Assembly: GCA_021299875.1 (NCBI GenBank)
Contig: JAJTEW010000005.1
Coordinates: 161,370-193,369, forward strand
Source: Comamonadaceae bacterium
GTDB lineage: Bacteria > Pseudomonadota > Gammaproteobacteria > Burkholderiales > Burkholderiaceae_C
DNA length: 32,000 bases
Direction of reading: 5' to 3'
The position numbers were made by a program, and so were the translations under genes. The notes beneath the pieces were generated by a model. That model worked only from the letters and a program-made list of their open reading frames with translations, made no database searches and was not told where the DNA came from. Below are positions 1 to 9,638 of this stretch, one piece after another; positions within the stretch are counted from its first letter, which is position 1; each line of letters starts with the position of its first letter.

Positions 1-57
1 TGACTCTCATTTCTTGATTCCTCTTGGCTGGTCGTGTGGATGTTATCACTGGATAAA

Positions 58-270
58 TTAAACCCCATGGTGCCGCCACACGCTGTCCACCTGCGTTTCA
101 CGCCAAGCAATCACCTGAACGGTCTTGGAAAACACCGATTCGATGGCCACCCATTTCACAGGTACCGTTTTCAACTCAGACCGAATTGCCAACTGACCCA
201 GAAGTGCTTTAAACGCCTGTTTGTGTGCAGAGCGTTGTTCGAATGGCGTATTCCCGATGATTCGTACCAA
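58..270 (-). pseudogene. Degenerate copy (A) of the small Trp-rich gene that is intact at 12202-12426
   Basis: The C-terminal part (IESVFSKTVQVIAWRETQVDSVWRHHGV) aligns with EAVFSKAVQVIAWRELQDDSVWRQGWVQ of the 12202-12426 copy. The KHF(W/L)VS motif lies in a different frame, so the copy appears frameshifted. Nucleotides about 65-160 align with 12205-12300. Confidence 0.4.
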
Positions 271-358
271 CTACCCCATCTAAAATGAGATGGGGAGCGG
301 CGTTTCACGTCGCTAGATTTCCTGCACTGAACTTTTCAAGCCGATCGCGAGCGTATCA

Positions 359-1684
359 ATGAGCACACAACACAAAATCGTCATCGTGGGTGGCGGCGCT
401 GGCGGTCTGGAACTCGCCACCCGACTGGGACGCACCTATGGCCGACGTCAGCGGGCGCTCATCACGCTGGTCGATAAAAACCGCACCCATATTTGGAAAC
501 CCAAGTTGCACGAAATAGCATCGGGCAGCATGGACTTGGGCGACCACGAAGTGGATTACATGGCACAGGCCCATTGGAACCACTTCACCTTTCGAATTGG
601 GGAGCTCAAAGGACTTGACCGCGCCAACAAAACCATCGAGCTCGCGCCCTATGTGGATGAGCAGGGCCGAGCGGTGACGCCCACCCAACACATCCATTAC
701 GACACGCTGGTCATTTGCATTGGCAGCTTGAGCAATGATTTCGGCACCCAAGGCGTCAAGCAGCACGCCTTGAAGTTGGAAACGCAGCATGACGCCAAGT
801 CGTTTCACTCCAGAATGGTCAATGCCTGTATCCGCGCGCACAACCAGGCCGGGGTGATCCACAAACGGCAATTGCATGTGGCCATCATCGGCGCGGGCGC
901 CACGGGGGTGGAGTTGGCGGCTGAGCTGCACCGAACCACGCGCGAGGTGGTGGCGTTCGGGCTGGACCGCATCGACGTTGACAAGGACATCAAAGTCAGC
1001 CTGATCGAGGCGGCCGATCGCATTTTGCCGGCCTTGGTGCCACGCTTGTCGCAAGCCACTGAGCAGCTGCTCTCTCGCTTGGGTGTTCAAGTGCTCACCA
1101 ACTCCAAAGTGATGGAGGTCATGCCCACGGGCATTCGCCTGGCCGATGGCCGCGAGATCGAGTCCGAACTGGTGGTGTGGGCTGCAGGCGTCAAAGCGCC
1201 TGATTTCTTGAAAGACTTCAGCGGCCTGGAAACCAACCGAATCAACCAGCTGGTGGTCCATGACACGCTTCAAACCTCGCGCGATCCCGATATTTTCGCT
1301 TTGGGTGATTGCGCGGCTTGCCCTTGTTCAGATGCCGATGGCGGCCGAGCTGGCATCGTGCCCCCGCGCGCGCAAGCAGCGCATCAGCAGGCCACGCACA
1401 TGTGGATGCAAATTCAACGCCGCCTGGCCAACCAGCCTCTGAAGCCTTACCGCTACAGAGACTTTGGCTCATTGGTGTCGCTGGGCAAATTCAGCACAGT
1501 GGGCAACATGATGGGTGGCTTGATCGGCAAAAGTCTGATGATCGAGGGGTATTTTGCCAAGCTCATGTACCTGTCTTTGTACAAACTGCACGAACTGGCC
1601 ATTCACGGCGTCCTCAAAACCACGCTCTTTACCCTCTCGCGAATGATCACCAAGCAAACCAACCCCACGGTGAAGCTGCATTGA
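359..1684 (+). CDS. ndh: Type II NADH dehydrogenase (NDH-2), FAD-dependent pyridine nucleotide-disulfide oxidoreductase
   Basis: 441 aa. The N-terminal KIVIVGGGAGGLE dinucleotide-binding motif, a second GAGATGVE motif, WAAGVKAPDFLKD..GLETNRINQLVV and the C-terminal KLH align along the full length with E. coli Ndh as I remember it. Confidence 0.93.
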   Translation: MSTQHKIVIVGGGAGGLELATRLGRTYGRRQRALITLVDKNRTHIWKPKLHEIASGSMDLGDHEVDYMAQAHWNHFTFRIGELKGLDRANKTIELAPYVDEQGRAVTPTQHIHYDTLVICIGSLSNDFGTQGVKQHALKLETQHDAKSFHSRMVNACIRAHNQAGVIHKRQLHVAIIGAGATGVELAAELHRTTREVVAFGLDRIDVDKDIKVSLIEAADRILPALVPRLSQATEQLLSRLGVQVLTNSKVMEVMPTGIRLADGREIESELVVWAAGVKAPDFLKDFSGLETNRINQLVVHDTLQTSRDPDIFALGDCAACPCSDADGGRAGIVPPRAQAAHQQATHMWMQIQRRLANQPLKPYRYRDFGSLVSLGKFSTVGNMMGGLIGKSLMIEGYFAKLMYLSLYKLHELAIHGVLKTTLFTLSRMITKQTNPTVKLH

Positions 1685-1861
1685 GTCCAGCGAGAGTCGG
1701 ATGACGCCCTGAACCAACCCAATCCAAGCCACCGCGCGCAAGGCTTGGTTGAATGTCATCGGCCCAGCCAGCACGCGGGTGGCGATGTTTCCTGCATCCG
1801 GCGCAATGCCCGCGGTGTAAGCGTTTTTGCTTAGCCCATGGGCGCTTCCTCCCCAACACCT

Positions 1862-2080
1862 TGAATAAATTTTTGAGGTGTTTTCTTGTTCATATTTGTT
1901 AAATTAATTATTTTATGCGTAAATATTAATGAAATTTACAAATTACGATATAAACAATAAAAATCGTAAAAACATTAGTTTATTAATATTTTAATACTAA
2001 AACTTTTAAAAATTACTTAAATAATAAAACACGGATTTTTTAGTTAAAATTTAGGAAAAATCCTAACTAAAAAACCGTGT
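1862..2080 (+). promoter_or_regulatory. Extremely AT-rich leader/promoter region upstream of tpsA
   Basis: About 220 bp of almost pure A/T (taaatattaatgaaatttacaaattacgatataaacaataaaaatcg...) sit between GC-rich flanks, directly 5' of the TpsA start codon. The composition is typical of xenogeneic-silencer (H-NS/MvaT-like) targets and curved promoter DNA. Confidence 0.45.
2029..2080 (+). promoter_or_regulatory. Long AT-rich hairpin ending at position -1 of the tpsA start codon
   Basis: acacggattttttagtta (2029-2046) pairs with taactaaaaaaccgtgt (2064-2080), about 17 bp with one bulged A. An inner alternative palindrome is ttagga-aaaa-tcctaa (2051-2066). No Shine-Dalgarno sequence sits at normal spacing; the only agga is at 2053-2056, inside the loop. 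Confidence 0.4.
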
Positions 2081-5000
2081 ATGAACAAAATTTTCAAACG
2101 CATCTGGAGCGCCAACCGATGCGCCTATGTCGTCGTCGCCGAAACCGCACGATCAGTGGGTCAAACGAGCTCCGCCGTGAGCGGAGCCTTGATCGCCTCG
2201 GTGCTGCTCAGCACCGGTGCTGGCGCCCAAACCCTCGCGGCTGGTGTTTTACCCACAGGGGGGCAAGTGACTGCCGGCCAAGCCAGTATTGCCAGCCAAG
2301 GGGCGGTGATGAACGTGCAGCAAAGCAGTCAGCGCGCCGCCATCAACTGGCAGAGCTTCAGCATTGGCAGCGGTGCCACAGTCAACTTCCAGCAGCCAAG
2401 CGCCAGTGCTGTCACGCTCAACCGTGTGGTGGGCGCAGAGCGCAGCGTGATCGACGGCGCACTCAAGGCCAACGGGAACGTCTATATCCTCAACGCCAAC
2501 GGCGTCCTGTTCAATCGCAGCGCGCAGGTCAATGTTGGTGGATTGGTGGCCAGCACCTTGAACATCAGCGATGCCGATTTCATGGCAGGCAAGACCACCT
2601 TCGAGTCCACCGGCTCGCGCGGCAGCATCATCAACCTGGGCACGCTCACGGCCGCCAACGCGGGACACATCGCATTGCTGGGCCAGCACGTGGCCAACGA
2701 GGGGGTCATCAGCGCCACCCTGGGTGCGGCTGTGTTGGCCGCAGGGGATAAAGTTTCGCTTAACTTCAACGGCAATTCGCTGGTGGGCGTGGCGGTGGAC
2801 CGTGGCACGCTCAATGCGCTGGTGGAGAACAAGCAAGCCATCATGGCCGACGGCGGCCGGGTCACATTGACTGCCAAGGGCCTCGACCAGGTGATGCAGA
2901 CGGTGGTCAACAACACGGGTGAAATCCGTGCCCAGACCCTACAAAATCAAGAAGGCAAGATCTACTTGCTCGGGGGCATGACCAATGACCGCATTGAAGC
3001 CGGTGGCAACCTCGATGCGAGCGCACCCCATGGGGGCCATGGTGGCTTTGTAGAGACCAGTGCCGCCCATGTGCAAATCAAGGACGACGTTCGTGTCACC
3101 ACACAAGCTGCGCGGGGCCGCACTGGGACATGGCTGATTGACCCCAACGATTACACCGTAGCTGCGTCGGGCGGGAACATCACCGGTGTGGTGCTTGGCA
3201 ACCAACTGGCGACCAACAACGTAGAGATAAGTACGGCGTTGGCAGGTACTTCTGGCGGCAACGGGGACATTTTTGTCAATGACAACATCTCTTGGTCGAG
3301 CGGCAACCGACTGACGCTGACTGCTGAGCGCCATATCAAGATCAACGCCACGATCGACGCCTCGGGTGGTTCAGGCGGTGCAGTCACTTTGAACTACGGA
3401 CAGGGTGCAGTTGCTACAGCCAATACCGCTGGCTACGACTTCGGTCTCACCTCAACGGGCTTCGCCGGCAAAATCAAACTTCAGGCAGGGCAAAACTTCA
3501 CCACCAAACTTGGCTCAGATGGCGCGCCGATCAACTGGACGGTGATCACGCAACTGGGCAGTGCGGGTGACGAGACGCAGGCCGGGGCGACCAACAGCCT
3601 GCAGGGCCTTGCAGACAGCAGCCGTTTGGCTGGCAACTTTGTTTTGGGTGCTGACGTTGACGCATCGGCCACTGCTGGGTGGAACAGTGGACAGGGTTTT
3701 AAGCCCATTGGTTTGCTCACCAATGCCCAAACGGGGGATCCACTGAATGTGGGTCAAGCTTTTAGTGGGTCCTTCGATGGCTTGGGCAACGCCATCAACG
3801 GACTGCACATGGACCAAACGTCCTATGAAAGAGTCAGCACGGGACTTTTTGGGACCGTACTTTCCTCAAATTTAAAAAATTTGGAATTTAAAAATGCCAA
3901 TATCAAGGGTGGTAATGTCATTTCTACCCAAGCTTTTGCCGATCAGGATCGAGTCATCAGCGGCACAGGCATCCTTGCTGGCAATGCCATCAATACCAAC
4001 ATCAGCAATATTTTGATATCTGGACCCATCGGAAGCAATACCCTGACGGCCACGGGCAGGAACAATTTGGGTGGATTGGTGGGTAATTATGAAATTGCAA
4101 ATGATGCGTCACTGGATTATGGCGTCTCGAATATCTACGTCAACGCCACTTTGAATGTTGGGTATGATGCAGGAGTTGGTGGTATTAATGAAGACGTTGA
4201 TTACAATCGTACAGGGGGATTGTTCGGCAGTGCTTTTGGGTTTGGTAATAAATTTATTAACCTTAAAAATGTGCATTTTAATGGTTCTATTAATGATTTA
4301 ACATCGAGAGCGATGGAGAGAGTGGGGGGGCTGATTGGTTTATCTGGATTGATCAACATTTCGCATGCTACTGTCACGGCTAACATATTGGCATTAATTT
4401 CAGATCGGACTGCCCAATATATTGGTGGTGCTGTGGGTATCATTGAATACTCGTCTGATCAGAATATTGAGACAAACGGGACTTTGCCTTACTCATCTTT
4501 GACCGATATTGCTGTATCCGGCCATATTCGTGGCAGTGGGAATGTGGGCGGTATTGTTGGTCACACTGGCTATACTTTATTTAATAGGGTAAAAAATTCT
4601 GCAAATATCTCTTATGTCTATCGCAATGATTATTTTGGCGGATTGGTTGGGCGTGGTTATTCATTAAAAATATTGGACAGTTCTAACACGGGTCATGTGA
4701 CCGGTGGAGATCGTTATGTCGGAGGCTTTGTAGGTGAGGGGGGTGGGCTTGAAATTAGACGCAGTTTTTCTACTGGGAATATCACATCTGATTCTACCTA
4801 TTCTACCCATTCAGCACTGAAGCTCGGTGGACTGATTGGCTATGCTGCGTCTGGATTGATTTTATCTGACAGTTATTCCACAGGTGATGTCATGCCAAAA
4901 ACCGGAAAACCGGCTGGTGAAATTGGAGGGCTGATTGGCTGGTGGCGTTCAGGTGATAGGGATGATGTGATAACGGGGAGTTATTCATCCGGAAAAATTG

Positions 5001-6355
5001 GATCGGCTGCCAATCCATTTGGTAATAAAGTGGGTGGTTTGATTGGCAAAATGGAGAGCACCACATCCAGTAATTTTGCACAGATCATTGATTCGCGCTA
5101 CATTGGTCCAGGGATTTACGGTGCGGATGAGGTCGGGGGTTTGATTGGTACTATTACATGGACTCAGTCTGGCCAAAATTCGCTCCACAAAGTCGAGCGG
5201 AGCTACAGTACCGGATCCGTCACAGGGCGGGATTATGTTGGCGGTCTTTTTGGTAAAATCTCTAACCTTGCGGTCTCTGAAAGTTATGCCACTGGCCATG
5301 TATCCGGTCGTAATTTTGTGGGCGGTCTTGCAGGTGAGATTTCTACTGCATACACGGAAACAATAAATTACACCAATGTTTATGGCGTCGATCCTGATTA
5401 TCCCCATGTTGTTTCAAGCGTCAGAAATTCATATGCGAAAGGCAATGTCACCGCCTCTGGTGAAAAAGGAGGGGGGTTCATTGGTGGGCTGTTCTTCGGG
5501 AGTCTTGAAAATGTTTATTCCACAGGTGCGGTCATGGCTTCAACCCATGCTGGTGGTTTGGTTGGCAGTGCGGTTTACGATAAACCAGTGGGTGAGCTCT
5601 ATGGTTATGATGAAAATTCGAAGGAGGTTGCTTGCAGTATCTCGTCAGTTTGTAACTACGCCTATTTTAAAATAACGGGCAGTGAGCCAGCGCTTGCAAC
5701 AAATAGCGTCATTAACAGTTTTTGGGATGTGCAAACGTCAGGACTTGGAATGGTCAACAGCCCCCAACAAAGTGCGGGTGGAATTGGTCAATCAACAATG
5801 GAGATGCAAAAAAACACTCTTTTTAAAAATGCAGGATGGAGTTTGTCGACACCCATCAACGGCAGTTCTTATCCCTACTTGTTGTGGTTGGATGGACAAT
5901 CAACACCTGTTTGGCAATCTTATGGAACACCTGTATCTAATTTTGTACCCCCTGTAACGCCTCGCCTGCTCGCCCCCGAGTCGGGCCAAACTGGCGGCAA
6001 GACCTCTGATGTGCTGTTGCCCGCCTCTTACGTGGTCAACACTGCAGCACGGCTGAATACGGGCACCGCCCAGTCAATGCCTGGCAATGTTGTGACCATA
6101 CCGCCATCGCTGTCATTGCCGTTTGCACAAGGTGAGAACTTGTCGGTGATTTCGTCACCGAATGCCGTCGAGTCCACCACGCCCGTTACCCTCAGCCAGG
6201 CCTTGGTCATGACCCGTGAGCAGGGTTCGGGCGCGTCTGAAGGCACGGGTGAAGTCCGCGTGCCCGTGAGCCGCAACAGCCTGGTCGAGATTGTCAATGG
6301 TGGCGTCAGGCTACCTGGCGGTGTCGAGCAACAGCTCTTTGTGGTCCGCCAGTAA
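2081..6355 (+). CDS. tpsA: Two-partner secretion exoprotein (TpsA): ESPR leader, haemagglutination-activity (TPS) domain, GLUG-repeat passenger
   Basis: 1424 aa. MNKIFKRIWS...YVVVAE is an ESPR-type extended signal peptide. LPTGGQVTAGQASI...NWQSFSIG...NFQQPS...LNRVVG...NGNVYILNANGVLF is the TPS domain. About 15 (V/L)GG(L/F/I)(I/V/F)G GLUG-like repeats lie between about aa 600 and 1180. There is no VENN/pretoxin motif or recognisable C-terminal toxin. Confidence 0.9.
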   Translation: MNKIFKRIWSANRCAYVVVAETARSVGQTSSAVSGALIASVLLSTGAGAQTLAAGVLPTGGQVTAGQASIASQGAVMNVQQSSQRAAINWQSFSIGSGATVNFQQPSASAVTLNRVVGAERSVIDGALKANGNVYILNANGVLFNRSAQVNVGGLVASTLNISDADFMAGKTTFESTGSRGSIINLGTLTAANAGHIALLGQHVANEGVISATLGAAVLAAGDKVSLNFNGNSLVGVAVDRGTLNALVENKQAIMADGGRVTLTAKGLDQVMQTVVNNTGEIRAQTLQNQEGKIYLLGGMTNDRIEAGGNLDASAPHGGHGGFVETSAAHVQIKDDVRVTTQAARGRTGTWLIDPNDYTVAASGGNITGVVLGNQLATNNVEISTALAGTSGGNGDIFVNDNISWSSGNRLTLTAERHIKINATIDASGGSGGAVTLNYGQGAVATANTAGYDFGLTSTGFAGKIKLQAGQNFTTKLGSDGAPINWTVITQLGSAGDETQAGATNSLQGLADSSRLAGNFVLGADVDASATAGWNSGQGFKPIGLLTNAQTGDPLNVGQAFSGSFDGLGNAINGLHMDQTSYERVSTGLFGTVLSSNLKNLEFKNANIKGGNVISTQAFADQDRVISGTGILAGNAINTNISNILISGPIGSNTLTATGRNNLGGLVGNYEIANDASLDYGVSNIYVNATLNVGYDAGVGGINEDVDYNRTGGLFGSAFGFGNKFINLKNVHFNGSINDLTSRAMERVGGLIGLSGLINISHATVTANILALISDRTAQYIGGAVGIIEYSSDQNIETNGTLPYSSLTDIAVSGHIRGSGNVGGIVGHTGYTLFNRVKNSANISYVYRNDYFGGLVGRGYSLKILDSSNTGHVTGGDRYVGGFVGEGGGLEIRRSFSTGNITSDSTYSTHSALKLGGLIGYAASGLILSDSYSTGDVMPKTGKPAGEIGGLIGWWRSGDRDDVITGSYSSGKIGSAANPFGNKVGGLIGKMESTTSSNFAQIIDSRYIGPGIYGADEVGGLIGTITWTQSGQNSLHKVERSYSTGSVTGRDYVGGLFGKISNLAVSESYATGHVSGRNFVGGLAGEISTAYTETINYTNVYGVDPDYPHVVSSVRNSYAKGNVTASGEKGGGFIGGLFFGSLENVYSTGAVMASTHAGGLVGSAVYDKPVGELYGYDENSKEVACSISSVCNYAYFKITGSEPALATNSVINSFWDVQTSGLGMVNSPQQSAGGIGQSTMEMQKNTLFKNAGWSLSTPINGSSYPYLLWLDGQSTPVWQSYGTPVSNFVPPVTPRLLAPESGQTGGKTSDVLLPASYVVNTAARLNTGTAQSMPGNVVTIPPSLSLPFAQGENLSVISSPNAVESTTPVTLSQALVMTREQGSGASEGTGEVRVPVSRNSLVEIVNGGVRLPGGVEQQLFVVRQ

Positions 6356-6388
6356 CGGCGTTAATCCCTTATCCAGGAAATCATAAGA

Positions 6389-8101
6389 ATGAATACCAAA
6401 TGTCAACACGCCTTGGGGACGGGCTTCGCGCTTTCTTTGCTGCTGTCTGTTTCAGCACAAGCCCAGACGGTTCCAAATATTGGCGATGCGCTGCGCCAAG
6501 TGCCCTCGGTGCCAACCCAGAATAAGTCGGCTGCAGCACTGCCCAAAGTAGGTGGGATTCCCTTTGAGCCCCCAATGGTGCGCCTGCCCAGCGCTGGCCC
6601 GACTGTCCAAGTCAAGCGCTTTGAGTTTGTGGGTAATCGTGAGGTCAGCACCGATGCCTTGTTGGCCCAAGTGGCACAAGATGTTGGTAAACCCTACACC
6701 CTGACCGAACTGGAGGCGCTGGCCACCAAACTGACACGCTATTACCGCGTGAAAGGCTATTTTGTGGCCAGGGTCTACATTCCAGCGCAAGAAGTTGTAG
6801 ATGGCGTCGTCAAGCTGCGTGCGGTGGAGGGCAACTACGGCAAGTTCACGTTGGACAACAAGAGCTTGGTGCGTAACGACATCGTTCAAGGCATGCTCGA
6901 CGACGTCAAGAAGTACGACATCGTGTCGCTTGACACGCTGGAACGTGCCATGCTCATCATCAACGATACGCCCGGCAGCCAGGTGGTGCGCGCCGATGTG
7001 ATGCCCGGCGTCGAGGTCGGTACCAGTGACTTTGCGGTGGGCACGATCGCGGATCCCCGGTACGAGGGTTTTGTTTTAGTGGACAACCATGGGACCCGCG
7101 CTACAGGCAAGAACCGCACAAGTTTTAACTGGGATTGGAATTCGCCAACCGCCCGTGGCGATCGCCTGGGTGTGTCTGGATTGGCCAGTGAAAACAGCGG
7201 ACTGCTCAATGGCCGTGTGGCCTATTCAACCAACCTCACGCCCAGTGGCTGGCGTGGTGAAGTGGCTATTGGCAGAACTCAATACGAAGTTTCTCCCAGC
7301 ATCTTCAGTGCCGATCCGGCTCCCAGTGTGACTGGAACTGCAGATACCTATGCATTGAGTTTGAGCTATCCAATTCGTCGCATTCGGTCTCAAACCATTG
7401 AGTTGGAATTGGGCTACGCGCACAAACGACTGGAAGATGTTGTGGATTCTGGACCTGATGCGCGCTTGGTCACGCCCAAGCGAAGCGACGTGATCAGTGC
7501 TGCCATTAACCTGCGTGATGAAGGCTATTTTTGGGGGTTTGATGGCCTCACCCAAGCCAATGTGGGTCTCACGGCAGGTCAGCTCCGTGTGATCGGCGAC
7601 GCCCTGACCACGGACCAGGCCGTCAATGGACCGCGAACCCATGGGCGCTTTGACAAGTTCAATGCCAGCTTGAGCCGTGTGAGTTTGCTGCCAAATCTTT
7701 TCAGTTTGACTGGCATTCTCAAAATTCAACGTTCATTGGGTCAAAACCTTGATGGCACTGAGCGCATGGGCGTCGCGGGTGTGGGTGGCGTCATGGCTTA
7801 CCCCAGCGCTGAGCTTTCTGGCAGCAACGCATCTTTGGCGCGTCTGGAACTGGCCAGGCCTTTGCCTGTTTTTGAACAGGTTGTCAGCCAGTGGTCGATT
7901 TTTGCCAACTGGGGCAAAGCGCAAGAACTGAAGTCTGACGGTCATCGCTCGCTCAACGATGTCGGCATCGGCTGGACTGCGCGGCACAGCAGTGGGGTTT
8001 TGGTAAAAACCTATCTGGCCCACCGTTTGGATGCCATGCCTGCACAAAGCGAAACCACGCCACGAAACAAATTGTGGATTCAGGCGGGCTACGTGTTTTA
8101 A
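6389..8101 (+). CDS. tpsB: ShlB/FhaC/HecB-family outer-membrane transporter (TpsB)
   Basis: 570 aa with a signal peptide (...LLLSVSAQAQ). It has POTRA-type segments (VKRFEFVGNREVS...LTRYYRVKGYFVARVYIPAQEV.DGVVKLRAVEGNYGKF) and a C-terminal beta-barrel ending in an aromatic residue (..IQAGYVF). It lies 33 nt downstream of tpsA. Confidence 0.9.
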   Translation: MNTKCQHALGTGFALSLLLSVSAQAQTVPNIGDALRQVPSVPTQNKSAAALPKVGGIPFEPPMVRLPSAGPTVQVKRFEFVGNREVSTDALLAQVAQDVGKPYTLTELEALATKLTRYYRVKGYFVARVYIPAQEVVDGVVKLRAVEGNYGKFTLDNKSLVRNDIVQGMLDDVKKYDIVSLDTLERAMLIINDTPGSQVVRADVMPGVEVGTSDFAVGTIADPRYEGFVLVDNHGTRATGKNRTSFNWDWNSPTARGDRLGVSGLASENSGLLNGRVAYSTNLTPSGWRGEVAIGRTQYEVSPSIFSADPAPSVTGTADTYALSLSYPIRRIRSQTIELELGYAHKRLEDVVDSGPDARLVTPKRSDVISAAINLRDEGYFWGFDGLTQANVGLTAGQLRVIGDALTTDQAVNGPRTHGRFDKFNASLSRVSLLPNLFSLTGILKIQRSLGQNLDGTERMGVAGVGGVMAYPSAELSGSNASLARLELARPLPVFEQVVSQWSIFANWGKAQELKSDGHRSLNDVGIGWTARHSSGVLVKTYLAHRLDAMPAQSETTPRNKLWIQAGYVF

Positions 8102-8277
8102 CGTGGCATTCCCCCAAACCCCTAGACATCTTTCAAAGCGCAGTGAGACCTTGCCGCTCAAGCCTGTGGTGGCTGAGTTGATCGAGATGCACATGGTGTT
8201 GAACACGATTGTGGAAACCCGCATTTGATCCGCATAATGAAGCTTTTGATCTCGTCACCTTTGATTGAGGAAATGCC

Positions 8278-8550
8278 ATGAAATTTTTCCATACGGATGT
8301 CGGTTTACGACAAGCCGGTGATGTGGTGGAGGTGACCATCTCTTCAGTCGCCAACGTTCGGCTGATGGACACCAATAACTTCAATTTCTACAAAAAAGGA
8401 ATGAAGCACATTTACACGGGCGGCCTTGCGCGTGAGTCACCCATCCGATTGACCGTCCCGACATTTGGGCATTGGCATGTGGCGATCGACATCAATGGCG
8501 TAGAGGGCTCCAGCGGACTCAAAGCCGGCGTGAAAGTGTTGTCTGCTTAA
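8278..8550 (+). CDS. DUF1883-like small protein
   Basis: 90 aa. MKFFHTDVGLRQAGDVVEVTISSVANVRLMD.NNF..YKKG..H.Y.GGLA..SP.RL.VP..GHWHV.ID matches the DUF1883 pattern as I recall it. A good RBS (gaggaaatgccATG) is present. Confidence 0.65.
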   Translation: MKFFHTDVGLRQAGDVVEVTISSVANVRLMDTNNFNFYKKGMKHIYTGGLARESPIRLTVPTFGHWHVAIDINGVEGSSGLKAGVKVLSA

Positions 8551-8830
8551 AGTGGCCGCTTGACCAACACGCTCGCCAAAGCTCACCATCCGGCAGCGCA
8601 CGCCAATCAATTTCCAGTCGTTCATCCGGGATACGGCAGCTACTCTGGTTGTAGCGGGTGTGGGTCTGAAAGTTTTTTTCGTGTCGGCTACGGGGTTCTT
8701 TGGGGTGATGCCGTTGCGCAGTTCGATCAGGGTGATGGAGACGAGTGAGGGAAGGATCAGAGGGTGATGGGTCATCTGTGTGAGATAGACTGGTTGAAGC
8801 CTCAATTCCATTTTTTCACACACAGTTCGT

Positions 8831-9403
8831 ATGAAATCCATTGAAAACTCATTAGAAGCCTTGATTTTCAACAGCCGTTGGCTGTTGGCACCTTTTTACT
8901 TGGGCCTGGTGGTCGGTATCGTGATGTTGTTGGTGAAGTTTACGCAAGAACTTTTTCACGTACTGCCTCACATTTTCTCTTCCAGTGAAAGCGAAGTGGT
9001 CCTGGCGGTTTTGGCCTTGGTTGATCTCTCCTTGGTGGCCAACTTGCTTCTCATCGTCATCTTCAGCGGATACGAGAATTTCGTCTCCAAGATCAACACC
9101 AAAGGGCATGAGGACCGGCCCGAATGGATGGGCCAGGTGGATTTTGCGAGCCTGAAGATCAAGGTGATCGCCTCCATCGTGGCCATCTCGGCGATAGAGT
9201 TGCTCAAGAGCTTTGTGAACCTCAGCATCCTGCTCAAATCCGGAGGTGACACCCCCGCAATCTGGTCAGAGGCAGACCAAGCCATTGCGTGGAAAGTTGG
9301 CATTCATGTGTGCCTTGTCATCACGGGCTTGCTCTTTGCCTACATGGACAATATCTCGGAACGAACCCACGCGCTCAAGCACAAAGGCCATTCCGAGCAT
9401 TGA
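8831..9403 (+). CDS. yqhA: UPF0114/TIGR00645 family inner-membrane protein (YqhA-like)
   Basis: 190 aa. SRWLLAPFYLGLVVG...KFTQELFHVLP...FSGYENFVSK...IKVIASIVAISAIELLK aligns closely with E. coli YqhA. Confidence 0.85.
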   Translation: MKSIENSLEALIFNSRWLLAPFYLGLVVGIVMLLVKFTQELFHVLPHIFSSSESEVVLAVLALVDLSLVANLLLIVIFSGYENFVSKINTKGHEDRPEWMGQVDFASLKIKVIASIVAISAIELLKSFVNLSILLKSGGDTPAIWSEADQAIAWKVGIHVCLVITGLLFAYMDNISERTHALKHKGHSEH

Positions 9404-9407
9404 GCCG

Positions 9408-9465
9408 CGCTTGTTGAGCCAAAGGTTTGACGGCGGTCCATTTCGTCAGCAGCAGCTTGTTGGAA
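9408..9465 (-). pseudogene. Fragment (codons about 6-24) of the Trp-rich gene
   Basis: The minus-strand reading NKLLLTKWTAVKPLAQQ matches PKKLLLTKWTAVKPLAKQ of the 12202-12426 copy. The nucleotide match is to 12355-12412. The fragment starts immediately after the yqhA stop codon and its 3' part is missing. Confidence 0.55.
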
Positions 9466-9638
9466 AAGTTGATGTCTACATTTGCTGGCAACGCCAGGAG
9501 AGGATCAACATGACCCTTTGTGAACTCAGTCCCATCGAATGCCGCTCGAGTCTTGGATTGACGACATCGATCAGTCCCAGTTTGACGGCGCATCGCCGGT
9601 TTAAAAATGGTTGTCAAACAAACAAAGAAAGATGGATC

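Noticed and set aside
356-1273. 305-aa minus-strand ORF antisense to ndh, plus the many other 60-200-aa ORFs overlapping ndh, tpsA, tpsB, the integrases and the lipoprotein gene
   Set aside because: These are typical shadow ORFs of GC-rich coding DNA. Each lies fully inside a longer ORF that has clear family features.
1690-1860. Minus-strand frame reading SKNAYTAGIAPDAGNIATRVLAGPMTFNQALRAVAWIGLVQGVIRL
   Set aside because: It looks like a membrane-protein fragment, but it has no start codon, it runs into the ndh 3' end, and it abuts the AT-rich block. It is probably a truncated remnant and there is too little to call.
2081-6355. TpsA as a CdiA contact-dependent inhibition toxin with a downstream immunity gene
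   Set aside because: There is no VENN/pretoxin motif, no distinct C-terminal toxin domain and no small immunity ORF between tpsA and tpsB.
8437-8871. 144-aa minus-strand ORF between DUF1883 and yqhA
   Set aside because: It overlaps both neighbouring genes and has no recognisable motif or RBS. I also did not call the small plus-strand ORFs at 8472-8748.
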